A stretch of 63,324 bases of DNA, filler included. It is 4 parts of 4 records of this genome, joined end to end, with 100 filler letters (N's around TTAATTAATTAA, not from the genome) between each part and the next. Parts side by side here need not be neighbours in the genome. Positions count along the whole stretch, not along the records: positions 34,301 to 54,834 come from DRR723986_7546; 3 more parts are not named here. One strand, given 5' to 3'. Both the position numbers and the translations under genes were made by a program. Of the stretch, positions 39,236-47,041 are shown in pieces; within the stretch, counting starts at the first letter, position 1, and each line of letters begins with the position of its first letter. The notes under the pieces are model-generated. The model saw nothing but the letters and a program-made list of their open reading frames with translations, had not been told where the DNA came from and searched no databases.

Positions 39236-40226
39236 GTCAGCACATCCGAAAGCGGCCAAAGCCATGTCCACTCTTGCAAAAACGGCCGACAGGGCCCCGG
39301 ATCGCAGCCACCATGCTGCGATCCGGGGCCTGGCCCTTGCTGCGCAGACGGCGATGACGGCCAGTCCCAAGGGCGCAGCGGATGCTGACAGCCGGATGAC
39401 CCCGTCCGGCCAACCGGCGGAACTCGCCTTCCTTTGGCCGCGCCCGGATTATCGGATCTCGCTCGATCCCTGCCCCGGAGCAGCACCCGGACAGCGGCTG
39501 GCCCATTGCGCCGAAGCCACTCTGTCCCTGCTCTCGACCGCGCAGGCGGCCACCCTGGATCGCATCGCCGGCTGGCAAGCAATCTACGGCGCGCGCTTCG
39601 GGGCATGGCTGGGGCTGCGACTGCGCCAGGGCCGCGTCGCCTACAAGCTGTATCTGGATGTTCCCGCTGGTGCCCCCTGGGCCGATTGGGAAGAAGAGCT
39701 GGCCGGAACCGCACAAGTCCGGTCATCGCGCAATGCGATCGCCACAATGGTTGGCCTTGATCCGGAAACCGGCGGCACCGAGGTGTATTTCAGCGCCGGC
39801 CGCCTGCATCCCGATGACATATGCGCCCTGGCAAGCCGGATCGGCATCGAGGCCCCCGGCACCGTGGTTCCGTCCCTTGTTCAGGATCTGACTGGCCGCA
39901 GCATTCGCTTCGCCCTGCCATCCTTCGACATGGGTTTCAGCAATTCATGGGCAGAAGACAGAACTGCGCGAGCCTTTACCTGGTATTCGACCGCCGTGGG
40001 ATTGTTGGGCCCCGATCAGCGCGCCCGATCAGCCCTGCTGCGCGTCGGGGCGAAACGCGGGTGGGATATGTCGGCCTATTCCGCACTGACCACTGGTTCT
40101 CCGCCGCGTCATGTTATGATCGGCGCGGCGCTGACGGCATCGGCCCCCCCGGCATTCACCGCCACGATCGCCACCACCCCCGAGGTCCTTCTACGCTGGA
40201 CGTCTTGTCCGGGGGTGGCAGCATGA
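39228..40226 (+). CDS. Putative ABBA/DMATS-type aromatic prenyltransferase-like protein (operon gene 2)
   Basis: SRMTPSGQPAELAFLW..PDYRISLDP resembles DMATS S..T..G.P.E....W...R...EP; also YKLYL (K-x-Y), EVYF and FTWY strands. 8-bp overlap with gene 1; start uncertain (39228 or 39264). Confidence 0.5.
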   Translation: MAESAHPKAAKAMSTLAKTADRAPDRSHHAAIRGLALAAQTAMTASPKGAADADSRMTPSGQPAELAFLWPRPDYRISLDPCPGAAPGQRLAHCAEATLSLLSTAQAATLDRIAGWQAIYGARFGAWLGLRLRQGRVAYKLYLDVPAGAPWADWEEELAGTAQVRSSRNAIATMVGLDPETGGTEVYFSAGRLHPDDICALASRIGIEAPGTVVPSLVQDLTGRSIRFALPSFDMGFSNSWAEDRTARAFTWYSTAVGLLGPDQRARSALLRVGAKRGWDMSAYSALTTGSPPRHVMIGAALTASAPPAFTATIATTPEVLLRWTSCPGVAA

Positions 40227-41098
40227 TCAGGCGCGACCCCCTTGCCTGCCTGCTGGCCATGCAAACCGCGTCTGGTGCGTTTCCGTCCACTGTGGATGGC
40301 GGGGCGGTTCGGCTGGCTGACGAAACCTGCTTTGTCACGTCCAGCGTAGTTCTGCTGCTGCTGGATATCTCGAACTCAATCGGGAAGCTGCCCGATCTGG
40401 ACCGGGCCATCGCGCGTGGTCTGGCCTTTATCGAGCGTTGCGCCGACCCGGACTTGCCCGGTGCATTCCGGTTCTATCCGCAGCGGGCGCAGGGTTTTCA
40501 GGTGCGGCACGATCTTCCCCCGGATGCCGATGATACCGCGCTTGCGTGGATGGCATTGGTCGGCGCAGGATCACGCTCGGCGCAGCAGGCAGCCGATGCC
40601 GTCGAGCCACTTTTCGACCGGATCAGGATCCGGGCCCGCAGCAGAGGTGACGCCCCCTGGGTGCGCAAGGGCGTGTATCGGACGTGGCTAGACGGGTCGC
40701 TTGCGGTCAATCCGGCCGATCTCTGCGTCAACGCCAACATCCTGGCCTGCCGGGCAATCGCCGGGCTGCCCCGCCTGCCCGAAGTCGTGGAAACGCTGCG
40801 ATCTACGCGCCGTGCCTGGACTGCGACGCCCGGCAATCTGCGGGTTCTGGCCCCCTACTATGCCCATCCCGATGAGGTCGAGATCGCAATCGCCCGTGCC
40901 GTTCGAACCGGGGCGATGCCACAATACGGCCTGTCCGCGACGCCGGAACCGGCCCCCGATGACCAACCCCTTTACTGCAACAGCCATGGCCGCCCGATCT
41001 GGAGATCGCCAGCCCTGCACCGCGCGCGACATCTTCAGCGCGCCCTTATTCAACCCAAGGAGATAGTCCATGCCCCGGATGCCGCAATCTGTTCTTGA
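40223..41098 (+). CDS. Single-domain class II terpene cyclase / prenyltransferase-squalene-oxidase repeat protein (operon gene 3)
   Basis: QW-like LLAMQTASGAF, DETCFVT, RGLAFIE...GAFRFY, PPDADDTALA (DxDD at 40523-40534), D.CVNANIL. ATGA overlap with gene 2. Confidence 0.7.
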   Translation: MIRRDPLACLLAMQTASGAFPSTVDGGAVRLADETCFVTSSVVLLLLDISNSIGKLPDLDRAIARGLAFIERCADPDLPGAFRFYPQRAQGFQVRHDLPPDADDTALAWMALVGAGSRSAQQAADAVEPLFDRIRIRARSRGDAPWVRKGVYRTWLDGSLAVNPADLCVNANILACRAIAGLPRLPEVVETLRSTRRAWTATPGNLRVLAPYYAHPDEVEIAIARAVRTGAMPQYGLSATPEPAPDDQPLYCNSHGRPIWRSPALHRARHLQRALIQPKEIVHAPDAAICS

Positions 41099-44000
41099 GG
41101 CCGCTGCCAGCGACGAAACCCCGGTCGCCCGCGCCAGCACGAAATACATGGAAATGTTCCAGCCGACACGCCCTGCCTTGGGGGGGACCGACGTCAAGAC
41201 CTATCCCAATGCCGCAGGCGCGCTGGACCTGTACACAGTCGGAACCGACAACCAGATCTACCGCCTGCGTCAGGGTGTGGGCACGCTTGCCCCCTATGAA
41301 CAGAAGAGCCTTGCCATCACCGGGCGACAGATCTTTGCCTACACGAATGACGGGGTCTCATCGGACACGCCGAACCTGATGACACTGGGTGCGAACGGAC
41401 AGCTGCACCTTGCCACCTACCGCTCGGCAACCGGCACCTATTTTCAGCAGGAAGCCAAACCGGCGGACGCAACCGAAACGATCCGCCAGTTCACAGGCGC
41501 GCGCGGGCTGACCGGCAACATCTATTTCAACGTCATTCTGGAAGACAACGGCACCAGACCCGGCATCTTGGCCAACAACTTCTACAAGCCGGGCCAGGAC
41601 GAGTGGGCCGGCCCCGTCTGGTTGCCGCATGAGGACGTGAATGGAGATCCGGTGCGTGCCAAGTCCGTCGTCAGCACGGCGAACAACCAGATCCAATCCG
41701 CGCTTTTCGCAATTGGTGAGGACGACGATCCGCTCTATGCCAAAAGCAGCGACCGGACGGCAAAGCTCGCGTCGCTTGGAACCTACAAGGTATCCCATAT
41801 GTCGGTGGTCACCGATCAATCAGGCCAGAACAGCGCGGTTCGGCTGAATGTCTTCGCCGTCGACCGCGATACTGGCAAGCTTCTGTTCAAGAAAGAGAAG
41901 AAGTACCAGACCGGACCGACCACCCAATGGGACGATTGGGTGGTGGTCGATCCCGGTCAAGGCGTGCGCCTGAAAAGCATCTATGCCGCACAGCAATATG
42001 ACAACCTGCTTCAGGTCTTCGGCATCGGCGAGGACGGGCGGCTATACTGGACAGGTCAGTTGCCGGGCGAGGGCCGCACCGCGTCGCCTGTCTGGCAGCC
42101 CATCTTGGCGCTTGGCAATGAAATCCCGTCGAACCCCGCCGATTCTGCCTCGATCTTCACCGTCGGGCGCGACATCAACCGCTACAGCGAGGCCTACACC
42201 GTGTCTCCTGCGGGCGACGTGACCCGCTTTTGGCAATCTCCGACGACAGCGCAATGGTTCCAGCAGGCGGTAGAGCTGGAACGCACCGACGATGACATGA
42301 CCCAGGTGCCAACCCATTCGCTGGAGATGACCATTCTGGACGGCACCGGCCTGCCGCTTCCCAATGCCCAGATCGGCATCAAGGCGTCCTCTCTCGTCAC
42401 TCTGTTCGTCGATGGTCTGTCCTACCGTGCCAGCCAGGCGGATTGGGTCAGCGTCAAGGCCGGGCCCGATGGCAAAGTGATCATCCAGCAGCAGGCAAAT
42501 GCCCTTGCTGCCGCAACGCTTTACATCGAGACGCCCCAGACAACCCCGGGGTCGCCAATTGTCGTACAACCGAACCTTCAGCTTCAGGAAAAGCTGACCG
42601 GGCTGACCGTCGATGACATCAAGGACGCCAAGGACGCTGAGGGCAATTACCTGTTGCCCGCCGAATACCGCACTGACGAATATGCTTCGAGCCTCCAAGC
42701 CATCACGCAAGCGTCGATGGGCATCGCGGATGCAGACGAGAATGGCAGTGGCAAGGTGAACTACCATTTCGCATCCCTTCGGGCGTCGGGCAAAGGGTTC
42801 CGCCCGGCGCTGAATCTGTCGGCGCTTGAAGGCCAGACATGGGCCATCGACTTTACCAGCGGTTTCCCGACCTACGAGGTGATGACCGCCGACAGCCTTG
42901 CCGCCTGGAAGGCCGACCGCCGTGCCGATCTGGTCAGCGCGGGGCTGGAAGACAGCTGGATCAAATCCGCCTGGGGAACGTTCTGGAACGGCATCAAGGA
43001 AGGGGCGGAATGGATCGTCGACGGGATCAAGAAGATCGTCATCGAGGTGGTCGATGGCATAGGCCGGGTCTTGTTCCACATTGGTGAGAAGATCTTCGAA
43101 GCGGTGATCGAGTTTGCGCAGCAGGCGTTCGACTTCGTGCAGGGCATCTGGAACTGGCTTAAGGTAAAGCTGGAAGAGCTGTACCAGTGGCTCGCTTTCC
43201 TGTTCGATCTTCCCGATATCGTGCGTACGGCAGAAGCGATCCGCCATTCCATCGACGTGACGTTGGCCTTTACGGTCGACGGGGTCGATTCCGTCAAGCA
43301 ATCCATTCTGTCGGGCATCGACACGATGAAAGACAGCCTGAAGGATACGATCGACAGTTTCCTGGACGATCTAAACGACCGGGGCGATCCCAGTTATCGC
43401 ACCGTGGCCGAAGAACACGAACTGAGCGACGATGACAGCCATCAGATGGAGCATAATCCCTTCATCAACACCTATACGGAAAACTATGAGAATGCGCAGG
43501 AACAAGGGCAGAGCGTCGTCAGCATGGCCTCGTCCACGGCCCTGTCCAGTTCACTCGATTCTCTGGTCGAGATGCTGTCGAACCTCGCCGACAACTTCCA
43601 GTTTGGCGACGGAAAAGAGGCCTTCGACGAGGCGTTGAACTACTTCACCGCGATCGGCGACGATCCGGCCAACGCAATGAACCTGCTGTTGTCCGGTGTG
43701 GTGAAAGTGATGGAAAGCGTGGCGCTTTTCGCGCTCGATTTTGCGCGTGGCGTGATTGCGACGCTCATGGATCTGATCGCCGAAGTCATCCAGTCGTTCC
43801 GCGACTTCCTGTTCAACGAATGGGAAATCCCGATCTTCTCTCAGCTTTACAAGTTCTTCACCGGCAAAAAGCTCGGCATCCGCCTGATCGATATTCCGGC
43901 CTATATCATCGCCGTTCCGACAACGCTGGTCTACAAGCTGGCGACCGGCAAGGCCCCGTTCCCGGATCAGGCGGCGCTGGACGCGTACAAGGCCTATTAC

Positions 44001-44663
44001 ACGGTCGATTGGCTGAAGACACAATCCGGCATCGGCACCCCATCGGCCGAGGTCAGGGTCGATGCCTCGGTCGAGGTCTGGATCCGGGGAATCTCGCTCA
44101 GCATCTATTCCGCCGGGATGTACGGCAGAATGGTTGTGGACCCGATTACGGCAGTGGCAAGTGCAGCGAATGCCCCGATCAAGCAGCTCAGCTATGCCAG
44201 CATCGTCCTGCGTTACATCACGACGGCGGCGACGACGCCCTGGCTGCTGAACGTGAATATGGGCGCACCCACCTGCGGTGCGGGCACCAAAGGGTTCTCG
44301 GCCAATATCTGGTTCTCTCAGCTCGTCTTCGGGCCGACCCGTGGACTCTTGATCGCCTATGCCATGCCCGCCAGCACCGGCAAGGCCAAGATCTACACGG
44401 CAGAGATCACCGTGTCGGTCTGGGGGGCCGTGAATGCGACGATGGTGATCTGGAACTATGTCGCGACGGACTCGGCAGATCGGAACCCGGAAAACCTGAT
44501 GCGCTCGCTGTTCAACATCGTGCCCGGCCAGCTTTGCCGCTTCCTGGCCACGCCCGACATGCAGGAACCGCTCTACGGGGTTCCGATCCTGGTCGAGGTT
44601 CTGCTGATCGAGCTTGGCTATGCAAGCTCGGCGGCGATCGCGCTCAACCAGATCGGCACTTAG
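41070..44663 (+). CDS. Uncharacterised 1197-aa protein: beta-propeller (lectin-like) + Ig-like + amphipathic helical + hydrophobic C-terminus (operon gene 4)
   Basis: AAGGAG RBS; repeated blades such as LDLYTVGTDNQIY, LFAIGEDD, LNVFAVDRDTGKL and LQVFGIGEDGRLY; Trp-rich amphipathic segment; several hydrophobic C-terminal helices. Confidence 0.85.
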   Translation: MPRMPQSVLEAAASDETPVARASTKYMEMFQPTRPALGGTDVKTYPNAAGALDLYTVGTDNQIYRLRQGVGTLAPYEQKSLAITGRQIFAYTNDGVSSDTPNLMTLGANGQLHLATYRSATGTYFQQEAKPADATETIRQFTGARGLTGNIYFNVILEDNGTRPGILANNFYKPGQDEWAGPVWLPHEDVNGDPVRAKSVVSTANNQIQSALFAIGEDDDPLYAKSSDRTAKLASLGTYKVSHMSVVTDQSGQNSAVRLNVFAVDRDTGKLLFKKEKKYQTGPTTQWDDWVVVDPGQGVRLKSIYAAQQYDNLLQVFGIGEDGRLYWTGQLPGEGRTASPVWQPILALGNEIPSNPADSASIFTVGRDINRYSEAYTVSPAGDVTRFWQSPTTAQWFQQAVELERTDDDMTQVPTHSLEMTILDGTGLPLPNAQIGIKASSLVTLFVDGLSYRASQADWVSVKAGPDGKVIIQQQANALAAATLYIETPQTTPGSPIVVQPNLQLQEKLTGLTVDDIKDAKDAEGNYLLPAEYRTDEYASSLQAITQASMGIADADENGSGKVNYHFASLRASGKGFRPALNLSALEGQTWAIDFTSGFPTYEVMTADSLAAWKADRRADLVSAGLEDSWIKSAWGTFWNGIKEGAEWIVDGIKKIVIEVVDGIGRVLFHIGEKIFEAVIEFAQQAFDFVQGIWNWLKVKLEELYQWLAFLFDLPDIVRTAEAIRHSIDVTLAFTVDGVDSVKQSILSGIDTMKDSLKDTIDSFLDDLNDRGDPSYRTVAEEHELSDDDSHQMEHNPFINTYTENYENAQEQGQSVVSMASSTALSSSLDSLVEMLSNLADNFQFGDGKEAFDEALNYFTAIGDDPANAMNLLLSGVVKVMESVALFALDFARGVIATLMDLIAEVIQSFRDFLFNEWEIPIFSQLYKFFTGKKLGIRLIDIPAYIIAVPTTLVYKLATGKAPFPDQAALDAYKAYYTVDWLKTQSGIGTPSAEVRVDASVEVWIRGISLSIYSAGMYGRMVVDPITAVASAANAPIKQLSYASIVLRYITTAATTPWLLNVNMGAPTCGAGTKGFSANIWFSQLVFGPTRGLLIAYAMPASTGKAKIYTAEITVSVWGAVNATMVIWNYVATDSADRNPENLMRSLFNIVPGQLCRFLATPDMQEPLYGVPILVEVLLIELGYASSAAIALNQIGT

Positions 44664-44687
44664 CGTTTTGTGCGGGGAACGGGGCGC

Positions 44688-45569
44688 TCAGGAACCGCGC
44701 GTCTCGGGTTGATCGAGGTAGCGATGCAAGGCCGCGTGAAACAGTTCCGCAGGTCTGGGCAGGTTTCCTTCTCTCCGGTGCAGAAGCGTTATCTGCACCG
44801 GGGTAATTCGCAAAGGGCTCAGGTCGATCTGATCGGGACCGAGCGCACCAGTCCAATTGAGGACGGGCTGCACCTCTGGAACTGGTGAAACCGCCAGATT
44901 TTGCAGGATGCGGGGATAGACACAGATCGAGGCCGCACGAGCGCGGCTGCGGCGCAGTGCCAGATCGACGGCGGCGCGCAAACCGGACCCTTCCGGAGGC
45001 AGGATCAGTATATGATCGGCCAGATCCGCAAGGCCGAGCGGCCGGCCCATCCCCGGATAGGCTGGGGCCACCCGCCCGACCACCCGGGCATGGTGGGAAT
45101 GCAGCACCTCGCAGGCCGTGCCGGTTTCGGGCCAGGTCACCAGCGCCAGATCAACCTGCCGGGCCATCAGCGCATCAGGCCCTTCCGAATCCCCGATTGT
45201 GACGCTGATTCCCGGATGCGCGCGGCGGTAGTCCACCAGCACCTCGGGCAGCAATCCCTCTGCCAGATCACGGCTAACCGAAAGCCGCAACTCCCCCGCC
45301 GCACCGCCACGCATTTCAGAAACGAGCGAAACGAAGTCATCCATGCGCGAAAGGTGATCATCGAGGTGGCGAAACAACAACTCACCCGCAACCGACAGGC
45401 GAACCCCTGCCGGCAGACGCTCGAATATTTCGACCCCGAGATCCTCTTCGAACGCAAGAATGGCGCGGTTCAGCGCTGACGGTGAAATCGTCAACGTTTC
45501 CGACGCCTTACGGATCGAACCCTCGCGCAGAATGGCACGGATTGCGCGGTAGATCCGCAAGTGACGCAT
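44688..45569 (-). CDS. LysR family transcriptional regulator
   Basis: MRHLRIY...EGSIRKASETLTISPSALNRAI..FEEDLGVEIFER...V.LS.AGE. The ORF track start (46007) is overextended. Confidence 0.92.
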   Translation of the reverse strand: MRHLRIYRAIRAILREGSIRKASETLTISPSALNRAILAFEEDLGVEIFERLPAGVRLSVAGELLFRHLDDHLSRMDDFVSLVSEMRGGAAGELRLSVSRDLAEGLLPEVLVDYRRAHPGISVTIGDSEGPDALMARQVDLALVTWPETGTACEVLHSHHARVVGRVAPAYPGMGRPLGLADLADHILILPPEGSGLRAAVDLALRRSRARAASICVYPRILQNLAVSPVPEVQPVLNWTGALGPDQIDLSPLRITPVQITLLHRREGNLPRPAELFHAALHRYLDQPETRGS

Positions 45570-45590
45570 CGCTTGTACATCCTCATGTGG

Positions 45591-45603
45591 TGCAATTTTT
45601 GCA
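45591..45603. promoter_or_regulatory. Putative LysR binding site (T-N11-A)
   Basis: TGCA-ATTTT-TGCA dyad between divergent lysR and urtA. Confidence 0.6.
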
Positions 45604-45699
45604 GCAGGGATAGCAAAATTTTGATGCAGACAGCAACACGAAGAATCGCACAAGTTTGCTGCACCTGCACAATAGAGAGACAGAAAAGGGATCAACTCC

Positions 45700-46965
45700 A
45701 TGAAGAAACTGCTACTATCAGGGGCCGTTGCGGCGCTGTGTGCCACCAGTGCACATGCAGAAATTCGCGTCGGGATACTGCACTCTTTGTCCGGCACCAT
45801 GGCGATCTCGGAAACCACGCTTCGCGACGTGATGCTGATGCTGATCGAACAGCAGAACGAAGCAGGCGGTCTGCTGGGACAAGAGATCGTGCCCGTCGTG
45901 GTCGACCCGGCCTCGGACTGGCCGCTCTTCGCGGAACGCGCCCGTGAATTGCTGACCGTCCATGACGTGGATGTGATCTTCGGATGCTGGACCTCGGTCA
46001 GCCGCAAATCCGTGCTGCCCGTGATCGAGGAACTGAACGGCCTGATGTTCTATCCGGTTCAGTACGAGGGCGAAGAAAGCTCTCGCAACGTGTTCTATAC
46101 CGGTGCCGCGCCGAACCAGCAGGCCATTCCTGCGGTGGACTACTTCCTGGAGGAACTGGGCGTCGAAACCTTCGCGCTTCTTGGAACCGACTACGTGTAT
46201 CCGCGGACCACAAACCGGATTCTCGAACAATACCTGTTGGATCATGGCATCCCGCAAGAGAACATCTTCGTCAATTACACCCCATTCGGTCACTCTGACT
46301 GGTCGTCGATCGTGGCGGATGTGGTGGCGCTTGGTGAAAGCGGGCAACAGGTGGGAGTCATCTCGACCATCAACGGCGACGCGAATGTCGGCTTCTACAA
46401 CGAACTGGCGGCATCAAACGTTTCAGCGGACGATATCCCCGTTGTGGCCTTCTCGGTCGGGGAAGAGGAACTGGCCGGTCTCGACACCGCCAACCTCGTG
46501 GGTCACCTTGCGGCGTGGAACTACTTCCAATCTGCCGACACGCCAGAGAACGAGGCGTTCATCGCGGCCTGGCAGGACTTCACCGACGACCCCGATCGCG
46601 TCACCAACGACCCGATGGAAGCGCATTACATCGGCTTCAACATGTGGGTTAACGCAGTGACCGAGGCTGGCACCACCGAGGTCGATGCTGTTCGTGACGC
46701 GATGTATGGGCAGGAATTCCCGAACCTGACCGGCGGCACCTCGGTCATGCTTCCGAACCACCATCTGGCCAAGCCGGTCCTGATCGGCGAGATTCAGGCC
46801 GACGGACAATTCGACATCATCAGCCAGACCGAAGAAGTTCCGGGCGATGCTTGGACCGACTATCTGGCGGAAAGCGCGGTTCTGGTCTCTGACTGGCCCG
46901 GTCTGGGATGCGGCATGTACAACACCGAAACCGAAACCTGCGTCCAGCTGGAATCGAACTACTGA
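45700..46965 (+). CDS. urtA: Urea/short-amide ABC transporter substrate-binding protein
   Basis: VGILHSLSGTMAISE, DPASDWPLFAE, GCWTSVSRKSVLP, YPVQYEG, GAAPNQQ, DYVYPRTTN. Confidence 0.95.
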   Translation: MKKLLLSGAVAALCATSAHAEIRVGILHSLSGTMAISETTLRDVMLMLIEQQNEAGGLLGQEIVPVVVDPASDWPLFAERARELLTVHDVDVIFGCWTSVSRKSVLPVIEELNGLMFYPVQYEGEESSRNVFYTGAAPNQQAIPAVDYFLEELGVETFALLGTDYVYPRTTNRILEQYLLDHGIPQENIFVNYTPFGHSDWSSIVADVVALGESGQQVGVISTINGDANVGFYNELAASNVSADDIPVVAFSVGEEELAGLDTANLVGHLAAWNYFQSADTPENEAFIAAWQDFTDDPDRVTNDPMEAHYIGFNMWVNAVTEAGTTEVDAVRDAMYGQEFPNLTGGTSVMLPNHHLAKPVLIGEIQADGQFDIISQTEEVPGDAWTDYLAESAVLVSDWPGLGCGMYNTETETCVQLESNY

Positions 46966-46982
46966 TCTGACATGATCACTGC

Positions 46983-47009
46983 CGGGGCGGGCCTGTTCAG
47001 CCTGCCCCG
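46983..47009 (+). other. Intercistronic hairpin after urtA (possible mRNA stabiliser)
   Basis: CGGGGCGGGC-CTGTTCA-GCCTGCCCCG, with no U-tract. Confidence 0.5.
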
Positions 47010-47041
47010 CTCCCCCTCCGGGCAAAAAGAAGACCCCCCAC

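Noticed and set aside
39821-40222. N-terminal 134 aa of the 425-aa ORF 39821-41098
   Set aside because: It overlaps gene 2 in another frame; the ATGA overlap and RBS support a start at 40223.
42042-43301. Long antisense or alternate-frame ORFs (e.g. 42042-43301, 1897-2919, 19925-20971, 34884-35987, 46997-48022, 48503-49648, 43820-44806)
   Set aside because: Shadow ORFs expected in high-GC coding DNA; they overlap well-supported genes and have no motifs.
36860-44663. Prophage, contractile injection system, T6SS or Tc-toxin identity for the four-gene operon
   Set aside because: No sheath, tube, baseplate, VgrG/PAAR, RHS/YD or integrase motifs were recognised.
44688-46007. 439-aa LysR with a long N-terminal extension
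   Set aside because: The extension is antisense to urtA and its promoter; the HTH begins at ATG 45569.
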